A stretch of 64,000 bases of DNA, taken from the human T2T-CHM13v2.0 reference genome, Homo sapiens. How positions within the stretch are numbered: the first letter of the stretch is position 1; each line of letters begins with the position of its first letter. Where the stretch lies: NCBI RefSeq assembly GCF_009914755.1, contig NC_060925.1; one strand, written 5' to 3'. The position numbers and the translations under genes were made by a program. This document shows positions 39,629 to 51,849 of this stretch, in pieces. The notes under the pieces are model-generated. The model had not been told where the DNA came from, made no database searches, and saw nothing but the letters and a program-made list of their open reading frames with translations.

Positions 39629-41244
39629 ATGTTCCTAGGTGTGCTGGTCTCCCCAGCCTCACTGGCTATCTCTTCTCAGTTTTGTTTAAGAGTTCCACTT
39701 CCTCTATACCTTAAATGATGGCATTTCACCTGCTTAAAACTCTTCCCTGGTTCCTGACTGCCTTGAGGATAAAGTACAAGTCCCTTCACATGATTAAGAA
39801 GTCCCTTCATCCTCTGCCCTCTGCTGACTACCCCCAAGCCTCATCTTTCACATGGCCCCTCACTCTACTGCAACCAGACAAGACCTTGCTGTTGTATAGG
39901 AATTGTAGAGGGGTCCCACAAAGCCTTAAAACTGCTCATAGACCACTGGAGAAGACAGAAATGTGACAGGCAAATCTAGAAGTTTACGGGAATAGAGATA
40001 AGGTACCTAACTTAGCCTGGGTTCAATGAAGACTTCCCATGGGGAACAAATGTGAAGGCAAAGCAGGAAGATAAGTGTAGAAAGAGTGATCCTGGCAGGA
40101 TTTGCAGCACTGGGGAGAGGTGGGGAATTGTGAGCAGGCATGGAACAGAGTGGTCACAAAATAAATATTTGTGCAATGAATACATGAGTGAATAGCCACA
40201 CAAGTTTTACACATTATGGGCTTTGGAATTTAAAAGCCTTGATTCCGGTCTCCTCCTAATTACTCACTGAGAAACCTCAGACAACTTATTTAACCACTCT
40301 GAACCTCAGTTTTCTCATTTGGAAAATGGGGCTAATGAAAATATCTGATATGAAACAATGGATGCAAAAATATTCTGTAAGCTGCAAAACCCTGTTCAAA
40401 TATTGGCTTTCATTCATTTATTTATTCAAAGAATAGTTTTGAGTTCCTACTGTATTACAGGTCATGCGCTGGGAATTTGTCCCGGAAATAGGAACTAGAT
40501 GGGGACTCTGTTTCCAAGTAGAGAGGAGAAAAGTTTAGGAGAGGAGGCAAGGAGACAAGGAGAGGAGAGAAGTTTAGCTCATAATGAGACATGTTGCCAT
40601 AGTTACAATCTGGGAGCTGAGAGAGCTCAGTGAAGGTTTCACAAAGAAGGTAAAATTTGTATAAGTGTGCCCTGATGGCTAAGGGTGGGTGTGTCAAGTG
40701 AAGGAGGGGTCCAAGTAGAGAGAAAATATATGAAGACACAGGGGGTAAAAAAACAGTGTGTTTAGACCAGGGGGATTGGTCTGGATGGCATAGTGTATGT
40801 GGGATGGTGGTAGGATGTGAAAAGGAATGAGAAAGTCTTTTGAGGTCAAATCATAGAGAGGAAATTTGAATATTTTTCTATAGGTATTGGGGACCCTTTT
40901 TGGCATGAGAGTTGCAGTGGCACTGAGATGACAGGAATAAGTGAGCAAAGCCTGTTTGAGGTCTAGGAAGAAGAGGTGTGGTAACGGTACCTTAAGAACT
41001 GGAGAAACTTCTGGACCTTCACTGCCAATGCACAACCATCACCGCCACCAAGCTTCAGCAATCTCTCCCTTGGACAGCTACCTGCTGTGAAAATACTTGC
41101 TTAATGTAGTTCCTCTTGAAAATGTTGTTCCTGCATTATGACTTTCATTACACATTTCCCAATGAGCTTTGTTTGGTTATTTTACTTGTGTTTCTATTGA
41201 CAGGGCATAGGATGAAACACCTTCTAATTACCTCTGAATATCTT

Positions 41245-41700
41245 TACTGGTTATCTATGGCTGTGTACAAACCATCCAAAACTCAGTGGCTTAACACACC
41301 CATTTACAGAGGTCATGATTCTGTAGGTTTGTATTTGGGCTATCTTCAGGCAGGCAGTTCCACTGCTGATCTTGGCTGGGCTCATTCACTTTGTGTATAG
41401 TTTTGAGTCAGTTGGGAAGCTCTGCTTTGGAGATAGGCTGGCTATCAACTCTGTGGTTATGGGTATCAACTGAGCCATGTGTTTTTTATCATCTAGGAGG
41501 GTAGTCTGGGCTTGAGCACATGATGGTAGTCTCAGTATTCCAAGAAGAGCAAGAGATGTAGCTGCAATGCCTCTTGAACTAGGCTTATAACTCACCCAGT
41601 GTCATTTATATTATTGGCCAAAGCAAGTCACAAAGCCAGCCTGAAATGCACTCCACCTCATGATGGGAGAATTTGCAAAGTGCTGTGGCAATTTTCCCAA
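41245..41700 (-). mobile_element. MLT1 (G/H-like) solo LTR
   Basis: ccaaaactcagtggcttaa..catgattctgtagg..ttggctgggctcattcac..tattggccaaagcaagtcacaaagccagcc. Confidence 0.8.
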
Positions 41701-42483
41701 TATGCTTCAAGGTGTATAAACTTTCTTCCATTAATCCTGGCATATGCAAGGAGGAAAGAATGGAAAACATTCCAAAGAAAGTTTTTGTTATTGTTGTTAT
41801 TTTCTATAACCATAACAAATACTGGAAGCATGATGATTCCCTATTGTTTACACATTATCATTATTATTTATTGAGCACCTCATATGTGCCAGAGACCAGT
41901 CAAATAACAATGAAAAAGATATACACAGTACTTGTTCCCATGGGGCTTACAGTCTGATGGAGAAAATATATTAAACAAGTAATTCCAATAACTTGATAAG
42001 TATTATGTCTAAAAATTTTATAGCTTTATTAATTTTTCCTTTATGTTTTTGTCTTTGGAGTCCTGAGTTTTAAAGGCTTCTCTGGATTAAATAAATATTA
42101 ATTTCTATAAAAGGGCTTTTGAAAGTTGCACCCCTAGCAGGAAGCTCTTTTACCTTGGGATGCCCAGTGAGCAAACCTGGGCCCAGCCAGAAATTTAAGA
42201 ACAAAGGAGAGAAACCCCAGTTCATCTCCAGACCTAGGCTTTCACCCTTTCTGGAAAAAACCAATACTGTGCTCTTTTCACATTGTGTCCTCACCCCAGG
42301 TGATCACCCTTCTACAGAGGTTAAAGGCCCTACTCCATCAGCTTAGGCCTGATATTGACACCCCAATTCCAGGCTGTTTTCTGTTGCCCAAGCTCCTGTT
42401 GGGCCCCTACCACAGGTGCTTTAATGTACAACCTGATGGATATTTAGAGCTCTCAGAAGCATTTGACTGGACTTCATTCCAGT

Positions 42484-42533
42484 ATATACATACATACATA
42501 CATACATACATACATACATACATACATAGCGAT

Positions 42534-42584
<51 letters not shown>

Positions 42585-42604
42585 GATAGATATAGATAGA
42601 TGAT
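42484..42604. repeat. Compound tetranucleotide STR (TACA)n-(GATA)n
   Basis: Direct reading. Confidence 0.98.
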
Positions 42605-43254
42605 AATAGTTTTCTTTTTTTTCCATTTAACATTGTATTCGGAATCTTGCCCTATGGTGTTAAACAAACCCACCCTGGGGGATATATCATGGATAAATGT
42701 ATATTAAAATATCCTAAAAGAGAAGCTGTTTGTCCAAGCATCTCTCCTTGGAGGGCCTCTCTACCCCATCCACCCATTGCAACTGGGTCAGCTCGGCACT
42801 GGGCATAGGGGTAAGCCCCACTCTCTCTTACTCACTCCCTCCACTTTTCTGGGCATTGGGTTAATATTTCCTTGAATCACAGTGGTAAGATATGAGACAT
42901 ACATTTGGGCATTGGTGGCCTGCTGTGGTGTGGGGAAGTGCAATCCTAATGAGCTAGGGGAAAGGCGCATGCCCAGCAGCCCAGCTCAGCTCCCTGGGGT
43001 TCTTGGTGCTAGGCATTGGAATGAAAACCTCAGTTTAGAGTAAAGCATGTCTGCGCGCTCCAGTTGATTTGCTAGTCCCCACCCTGTGCAGTAATATCCT
43101 TAGAAACATTGACAGGAGAAAGGGAAGAAAAGGAGGCTTCACCATAATGGGATTCAGCTGGTCTTGGGTCCCTCAATCATAGCACCATCTAGTAGCAAAC
43201 TGGTCTTACAAATATTTCCAACATTCAGCATGGAATGCTGTAAGGGGGAAGCCC

Positions 43255-43520
43255 ACTTCATTCATTTATCTGTTCAATAAATATTGTCTCTTATGTGTGG
43301 CGCTCTTCTAGATTCTGGGGTTGCAACAGTAACTGAAACAGACCTAAATCTATGCCCTCCGAGAGTTTGCATTCTGGTGAGGGGCTGAACATAAAATGTG
43401 TAAGAAGAAAAACAAGGGAAGCAATAAGCAATGTCTTGGGTGGTAGCTTTAGATTGGGTGGTCAAAGAAGGCCTCATGGAGAAAGTGACATCTGAGCAAA
43501 AACTTGGGGGAGGTGAAGGA
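43255..43520 (-). mobile_element. L2 3' fragment
   Basis: ttcattcatttatctgttcaataaatatt..ttctagattctgggg..ggtggtcaaagaaggcctcatggagaaagtgacatctgagc. Confidence 0.8.
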
Positions 43521-44344
43521 GAGAAGGGTGCAGGAAAGCAACACAAAAATAAACAGCAGAAATGAAGAAGGGGGCAGAGGTATATCACATGTGAGCCCAG
43601 AGAAGAACACCTAAGCCTATTTAAGGAATCTTCCCAGGGAGATGATTGCTGAGAGGGTACTTCAGGGATGAGTGGAAATTTGGCCAGCAGACACAGGCAC
43701 AAGGGCATTCTAGCAGAGAAAAAAAGTGTGTGCAAAAATACAATGAAGCCATGAAACATGTCTCAGCTGTGAACCATGAAACCCAGACCCAGAGGGGTTC
43801 AGCAACTCAGTCAAGGCCACTCAGTAATAACAATAAAACAAACTAATATTAACAATGATGTGTATAATCAACACTTGGTGAGCCCTTACTGTATGTCAGA
43901 CCCCATGAAATTCTTTCTTTATGTTGACTGCCTTAATCATCACAACAACCCCATGAAGTACTGTGCACAATCCCATTTTGCTAAAGGAGTTGAGAACTCA
44001 CCCAAGTTTACACAGCTTTTAAGTGCTAGAGCCAAGCTTTGGTGCCAGCAGGCTGGTTTCAAAAGCCACACACTGGGACCCAGGACTGCATCCTTCTCCA
44101 CCAGGCTGCTTCACTGACTTCTAAAGTTCCTTTAGTCCAGCCCCGCACCTTTGGACTGGTAAGAGATGAATGGCCTCATTTGACACACTAGGCCCTTGAG
44201 GCCCAGGAGATAAGAGCCCAGTCAAGTTCACACAGGTAACGATAAAGACCATTTCCATATTCCAGGGAATGTGACCATCTGGGGATCCATCTCACAGGAG
44301 ACTTTCTTTTCTTTAAAGATGAAGCTCCTAGAGTTCATCCAGTC

Positions 44345-44509
44345 CAGTATTTCTCAGTCTTTTCTTAACACCACAAATATACTATGTACCTGTTTATGTA
44401 ATACACATTTATTGTTTTACACATTAAAATAAGAGTACACTCTTTCCACCCTCCCAAGAACCACTTTTTACCCTCTTGAGGGCAACATCACCTGCTTTGA
44501 GAATGCATG
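44345..44509. mobile_element. MER112-like hAT fossil inserted in a MIR
   Basis: cagtatttctca ... ttgagaatgcatg termini; approximate 8-bp TSD atccagtc / atctaatc. Confidence 0.6.
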
Positions 44510-44959
44510 ATCTAATCTAGCCCTGTCATTTTATAGTTGAAGAGACTGATGCCAGAGAGGTGGAGGGAATGCCTCAAGGTCACTTAACTCAGACCAAATA
44601 GAATCAAGAGCAGATCCCAGGGCTCCTGGCTCCTCCACTCCACACTGCCTCAAGTATAATCATGGAAGCCTTTGCTACCCCTTCCCCTAATCTGACACTC
44701 TCTGCCTTTCCTTCTGCATCTAAGGGCTCCATCCAAATTCAGACCCCCAACTTTCTAAGAGTAAGATGGTCAGCAACTAAGGAGCCAGGTACCTCCTAGA
44801 CACCCCGGGTTAATAGTCAGGGACCAGCCCATCAGGAGATCCAAAGGGGCACCTGGGCTTCCTTCACAGAAGGCTGGCATGAAGGGACAAGCATTGCTCA
44901 GCTCAGGTCTTCACCATAGGGCCAACAGAGATCACACTGACAGTTTCCTTAGAGGTTCA

Positions 44960-45330
44960 GCTCCATCACCTTTTCCAAATGCAAGACAAGCATAAAACTA
45001 CTTCAGCAATGGAAAAAAAATCAACTTGGAAATAATTAAACAGCAAGGCAGCCACCCATAATGATATTCTGCAGCACACTTTGGGGACAGTTTGCTGCAA
45101 AAGCGCCCGAGCACTCCGGTTGTTTAATTAACATTGAAACGGCAGTTCCACAAGAACTAAAAACCCTGTTAATTTATGTGTCTCTTAATGATGCTCATTT
45201 AAATACTGTCAACTTTCCATTGGTTTAATATTCATGATTTTGCGTCATTAAAACACAACGATCAGCTTGGGGTGCGGGGGGAGACTTTCTTAAACACCCA
45301 GAAACACAAACCGTCTGAAGACAACAATTT
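44960..45330. promoter_or_regulatory. Candidate conserved non-coding element (strongest by composition)
   Basis: Dense homeobox sites (AATAATTAA, TTAATTAA 45124-45131, GTTAATTT, CTTAATG), ATTCATGA, TGCGTCA, retained CpGs, no repeats. Confidence 0.55.
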
Positions 45331-47158
45331 CTAAATCCATACCTTTCCAACCCTCCCCGCAAAAGTTCAGCCCCTTAGAGAAGTTGTAAACCTGCTGGAG
45401 TGCTTTCAGAGCTGTGGACTGTGCAAGAGGTTGAGTGTAGTTTTATCATTTACTGCCCACTCACCTTTAAAACCAAGCTGGGCCTGATCTCATTGTCAGC
45501 AGATACAGAGCTGGGGAGCTCAGCTGGCAAATGCAGGCACTTGATATGCACCAAGAGACCAGGCTCCACACCCAAGGGTGTTCAGAAGTTTTTAATCATG
45601 GCTAGGAGACACAAGTTACCCTGAAATATATTTCTGACAGAGAGGGACATTTAGGGCTGGTCAGGGTAAGATACTAATGAGGGGAGGAGGCATAGGGCTC
45701 AGAAGGGGGTGGGAATACCCTTATAGGGAACACGCAGGAAGTCAATGCAAGGCCCAAACAGGAGCTACACACACCATGCAAACTGTGGTGAGCCCACACA
45801 GATAACCCACAGACTCAACACCCACAGGTACTGGCAGAGACACAAGCCGACTCTCTGTCAGAGCATGGCCAGTAAGAATTCTGTCAATCCAATTCAGGAT
45901 TACTGAACTCTGACTACAGTCCACACACTATGATGGGCTCTGAAGATTCCAACCTGATCAAGTGGGGAAGACAAACAAGTTAACAGGCAATGACCAAGAG
46001 AAGAGAAAAGAGCCAGGGCAGATGATAGTAGGAGGATGTGGGAAGCTATTTAGAGGAAGGGGCACAAAGGTGGGAAGTGGGACTGGCAACAGAACAGGCG
46101 GACACGTGGTAGACACTTTCTAAATGTTAGTCCCACCCTCTTCTCAAGCTCTGTCTCTGCAGAACCACTTCACAATACTGGATCCTGCTTTCACTGAGCT
46201 CAAAACCAAGTCCCAGGGTAAGTCAAATATCAGCATCTCCTTATTTATACATCCTTCCCAGACAGATCATGATAAGTGCCATGGGAGTTGACTGGAGCAG
46301 AGGTCAGAGCACTGACCTCAACTCTACCTAGAGCAGGGTTCCACTTACTACTCATATGACCCTGAGCAAAATCGGTTAACCAGTAAATGTCCGAGTTTCT
46401 CCTTTGCAAAATTGAGATAATAGCACCCAATATTATTTGTATTAAAAATATCTGTTAATAGGTGTGTCTTCTCCACTAGAATGTGAGCTATAATATCTGA
46501 TTTATCTCCATATTTTTAGGGCATGGCACATAGCAGGGACCAGAGGTATGCTGAGCTGAACTGAACAGCTGACCTCACAGGGATGCCTTAATGAATTAAT
46601 AAAATGAAAGATATAAAGAGCACTTAGTAGGTCCTCAATAAATTATTTTTGGCAAGGGAGAGGATTACGGAAGGCTTCGAGAAGTTTGAATTTAAAGTAG
46701 ACCTTAAAGGGTAGTGTAATGTGAGCCAAAGAGAAAAACATCTTAAGTTGAAAGAATAGAGTACACAAAGAACCAGGCCAGGAAAGCCCAGCCCCACCTG
46801 TCTCCCTCTCCCCACACCTGGCTCCACCTATATACCTCCTGCTGATCATACCATTCTCTTTCACAACTTCTTTTCTGTCCTCAGAATATTATATTCTCCC
46901 TCAATCACCCAGCTAACTCCTATTGGGCTTCAAGAACTGGTTCAGGAGTCACCTGTTCCAGGAAGCCTCCCTGCCCTCCTTTAGGTTCCCTTTCTGGGAT
47001 CCTGAAACTTCTCTGTCTCAGCCGCAGCACACCATGTTGTCATCACTGCTATGTGCCTGTCTCCCAACTTGGAAGACAAAGTCTGGTTCTGAATCATCAC
47101 TGCATGCCCAACGCCCAGCACAGAGCCTGGCACAGAAAAGTTTTTGCCTTATAGATGG

Positions 47159-47636
47159 TATGATGGTTAATTTTATATATCAGCTTGACTGGGCCAAAGG
47201 TGCCCAGATTAAATATTATTTCTAGGCATTTCTGTGAGAATGTTTTTGGGTGAGATTAGCATTTGCATCATTAGACTCAGTGAAGTAGACTGCTCTCATC
47301 AATGTGGGTGGGCCTCATCCGATCCACTGAGAGCCTAAATAGAATGAAAAGCAGAAAAAGGGAAGATTCATCCCCTTCCTGCCTGCATATCTGTGCTAGG
47401 ACATCAGTCATCTCCTGCCTTTGGACTGAGATATACATAATGGCTCCCCTCATTCTCAGGCCTTTGGGCTTGGACCAGAATCACACCACTGGCATTCTTG
47501 AGTCTTCAGTTTGCAGAGACAGATCATGGGACTTCTCAGTTTCCATAACTGCATGATGACTCCTTATTTTGTGTGTGTATATGTGTGCATGTGTATTTCA
47601 CTGGTTCTGGATTCACTGGAGAACCTGACTAGTACA
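47159..47636 (+). mobile_element. MLT2 (C/D-like) ERVL solo LTR
   Basis: tgatggttaattttat..cagcttgactgggcca..; end gaacctgactagtaca; TSD gatgg / gatga. Confidence 0.9.
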
Positions 47637-47837
47637 GATGACAAGCAAACAGTCTGGGTTTGAACAGCAATTCAAGAACATTGCCCTCTGTACACTGTAC
47701 ACAGACAGCTGTCTGTAGTGGCCACCTGGGCCAAGTCACAAAGGCCTGGGCCAAGCCAGCTTCTTCCTCTTCCTTCCTCCACCCACCATCCAGTCATCAT
47801 GCACTAGAAGGTCATTAGTCTAATAAGATTCTATTCC

Positions 47838-48139
47838 AGTCTGGATGTGGTGGCTCACGTCTGTAATCCCAACACTTTGGGAGGCTGAGGTAGGAGGATT
47901 GCTTGAGCTCAGGAGTTTGAAACCAGCCAGGGCAACATAGCAAGACTCCATCTCTAATGAAAAAAAAAATTAAAATTATCATATGGGCATGGTGGCATGT
48001 GCCTGAAGTCCCAGCTGTTCAGGAGGCTGAAGTGGGAGGATTGCTTTAGCCCAGGAGATCAAGGCTGCAGTGCTGTGATGCAATCACGGCACTCCAGCCT
48101 GGGTGACAGAGTGAGACATTGTCTCAAAAAAAAAAAAAA
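47838..48139 (+). mobile_element. AluJ, full length
   Basis: ggaggattgcttgag in the left arm; TSD aagattc(t/c)attcc. Confidence 0.95.
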
Positions 48140-49472
48140 GATTCCATTCCATCCGTCCCTCCACCTCTCTGTCTCTTGATCCCTATTCCCACTGCCCCCT
48201 ACTCAGGCCCCACCAACTCTCTAGCCTTTTTATTACTTGCCTTGGGTTGCCACTGTCTCCTGCAATCCATTCTCTATGCCTAACCACATAAATTGAGCTA
48301 ACAATCAGGACTCTTCCTCAGAGGAGATATAACAACCTGACCTGGAAGGCCCTCTGGATACCAGCACTGCCAACCCCTCTGCCGGTCCAGCCTCATCTCT
48401 CCACCCTGATGGCTCCAGCCATTCCCTCTCTTATCTCCAAACCTCCCACCTGCTATTTCCTCCACCTGGAAAACACTTTCTCCTCCTCATCCCCCTTTCC
48501 CAGATCACTTCTTTTCAGCTTTCAAGTCTAAGGTGCCAGTGTCACCTTCTCTAGAAAGCCTTTCCTGACCCTCCTCAGGCTGAATTAGGCCTCCTCCTGC
48601 CTTCACTCGGTCTCTCCCTTAGACAATGGACATTTGTCAGATAAGAGGGAAGGTGCTCGGGTAGTCAGAGATAACATTGTGGGGAGGGAGAGAGTCTCCA
48701 GTAGGGCTTGCTCTTTTCTGGTTTATTTTACTCTTGGGGCAGCTCTAAGAAGGTCTCCCCCACCAGCACATCTGTGGGGACTTGGCCAGAGTGGGTGAAG
48801 CTGCTGGAGCAACAGCAGCTTCCTCCTGACCTTCTGCCTCTGCATGTTCCCCTGACTCACTGATGGAAAACATCCACCCTTCTGGGCCTCTTCCTTATTT
48901 CATCACTTTAATAAATTAAGAACAGATTGAAAAGCAGAAAACATTGTCTCCCGGGCCCCAGCACCCACATTCCAACTCAATTACATGATTTGTTTTTGGG
49001 TCTGGCCAGACGCAGAAGCAACTGAGATGCAGCAGAAAGAGTGAGACAAAGAGGTGAGATCAAGAGACCAGAGAAAGTAATTCCTATCCCAGCTCAGTCA
49101 CTGACCAGTGGCCTCAGGCAAATCCATTCACCTCCCTGAGCCTCCCCATCTCTCCTTATCTGGAAAGTGAGTGGTAACAATGACACATGCTTCACAGGGT
49201 GATGGGAGCATGTCAAATGAAGTAGAGGATATAAAACTGCTATGTAAATTGTCAAGTCCTAGACCACGTGAGAAATAGATTATTTCTATTCTACCAATTC
49301 TCTTGGTCAGAGATGACATGGCACCAGGCCCTCCCTCCCTTCTAATAGCTTAGTCTTGGAACTTTGAACAAAACTCTTGTATTCCTTGAGGTCAGATCTT
49401 CATTCTCTCACTCCTTGTAGCAACTAACACTGGAAAGAGGGACTCTGTGGATCTTCAGTTATATATGCAACA

Positions 49473-49524
49473 GTTGTCGTTGTTGTTGGTGGTGGTGTTG
49501 CTGCTGCTGCTGCTGCTGCTGCTG
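49473..49524. repeat. Compound trinucleotide repeat (GTT)/(GGT)/(CTG)8
   Basis: (CTG)8 at 49501-49524. Confidence 0.95.
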
Positions 49525-50806
49525 TTTTCAGTTGACAGCCAGAGTGCTCTATTGGAAAACAAAAAAAAAGAGTATAGGTCTGGATGCGAGCTGTGAGACA
49601 TAGTTTTGTTCCTGGCTGCACCACTTGATTTCTTGCCAATTGCATCATTTCTGTGGCTTGCAGTTTCAGTTTCTCCATGTATAAAATGAGGGCAGAGGGG
49701 CAATGAGTTAATCATCCTTATCTTGATAACCTCATAGGGTGGCAATTAAGATCGAATTAGACCTTTTATAAGCTGTAAAGTTCTATACAAATATAAACTG
49801 TTGTTAAAAGAATATTAATAATTCAATTATTGTAATAGTTACTAAATAGTGATGATGAGGAAAAATATCTTAGCTAGATGATAATGTCCCCTCTTCTTCA
49901 GGGAGGAGAATTGCACAACCTCTTTTGGTCAGCCCTTCTGAGTTCCCTACAATTTACAACATTGGAAGTCCTTCCTTTCTCTAACCCAATTATCTCATGC
50001 TTTAGGTTAAGCCAGTCTCATTTTCTGCTCTTAGTTGGAAAGGAGAATAAGGTCACCATATTCTTTAAGACAACTTTCACCCAATTTAAGGCCTTTCATA
50101 AGTCACACTTCTTCCTTCTGACATGCTATCTGAAGACAGCATGTTGGAGGAAAGAGATGAATTCTGTTTTGGAAAGGTGAGTTAGAGGTGCATGTAGAAC
50201 TTTCAACAGGGATACACAATAGACTAGCTGGAAATAAAGTCAGGAGTTCAAGGGAGTGCTCTGTGCTGAAAATAGTGGTTCAGGCGGCCTCAGAATAAAA
50301 GTGGCACCCGAATAGCTTCAGTCTCATTAAACTACTCTCTATTTCCTGGCCAAGTCATTCACTTTCATGCCTTCCTGCCTTTGCTCCTGCTGTTTTTTCT
50401 GCCTAGAATGTCCTTTCTCCCTTATCAACTCTGAAATCCTATGCATCACCTCCAGAGAGGGTCTAACATTGCTAAAGGTTTCACTCACCCCATAGCAAAG
50501 TATTTCAAGGTATCTTCTATGTTTCTGTGTTTGCTTTACTAGCTCTTTCCTACTTAGTCCTCACAACACCACTATCAGATAAGTATCATTTTTCTCACTT
50601 TACGGATGAGAAAATAACTCATCCATCTAAAGCTACACAGCTAGTTAGAGGTAGAACTAGGATTCAAACCCAGATCTTCAGATAACAGTTAGTCCAAAGA
50701 TTTCAGTGCAACAAGATTCTGCCAACTACTCCAACAGCAAGAGATGTACGTTGGGAAAGGACTAGCTTCCAATTCTGAAGTCAAATTCAGATATCAGCCT
50801 TACCTG

Positions 50807-51106
50807 GGCTGGGTGCAGTGGCTCATGCCTTTAATTCCAGCACTTTGGGAGGCTGAGGCAGGTGGATCACTTGAGGTCAGGAGTTCAAGATCAGCCTGGC
50901 CAACGTGGTGAAACCTCTCTCTACTAAAAACACAAAAATTAGCCAGGCATGGCAGCGCATGCCTGTAATCCCAGTTCCTCGGAAGGCTGAGGCAGGAGAA
51001 TCGTTGAACCCGGGAGGCGGAAGTTGCAGTGAGCTGAGATTGTGCCACAGCACTCCAGCCTGGGCGACAGAGCGAGACTCCATTTCAAAAAAAAAAAAAA
51101 AAAAAA
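50807..51106 (+). mobile_element. AluS (Sx/Sz-like), full length
   Basis: Dimeric Alu, A20 tail, TSD agatatcagcctt. Confidence 0.96.
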
Positions 51107-51849
51107 GTAGATATCAGCCTTGTCTGAATTTTGGACAGAGTCACTCTGGTTTGGGATTGAGTTGACCAGGTAAATCAGCTGGTGAGCAGCCAGGCTCTCC
51201 TTTGAGGTTTGGAGCTCTCCGTGGTACTGACACAACTTCCATCTGCCAGCCCTGAAAGCTTGATGCATTCGCTCCATAGCAACTGTGTGGGTTTGTCAGG
51301 GACAGGACCGTGGCCATTTCCCAAACATATCCCCCATCTCCAAACTTTAATCTTGTTTATTCCTATGCCAGATACTGCTCCTTGTTGTACCTGCTGAATT
51401 TCTCATCATACTTCAAGACTTGGCTCCCATTGGCTTCCCAATATGAAGAAATCTTCTTTGGCTTTCTTAGAAAGAGTTCTTAGCTACCTACCATGTGTCA
51501 GGCACAGTGGTGATGACTTTCATAGGCAATACCACTTATTACATACCAACATACTATATAATTTATTATTTGTGATATTCATTATTTATTGTCTCTGGGG
51601 AGCCCTTCTGGAAGTGCCTGCATTAGGAAGAATCCTGAACAATATGATAGAAATTTTGGACTCTGTTCTAAAAATTATAAGTAGCAGGATAATCAGGGAC
51701 AAATTCCAGGACTTAGGACCTTGGCCTCTTTATTGCTGTCCTCCACTCTATCAAACCTTACTGTAACCAGCCCTGGGAATCCCACACCATCAAGACTTAG
51801 GTATAGGAGCATACTTTATTTAAAAGATCCTCATTTCCTGCCTCTTTGT

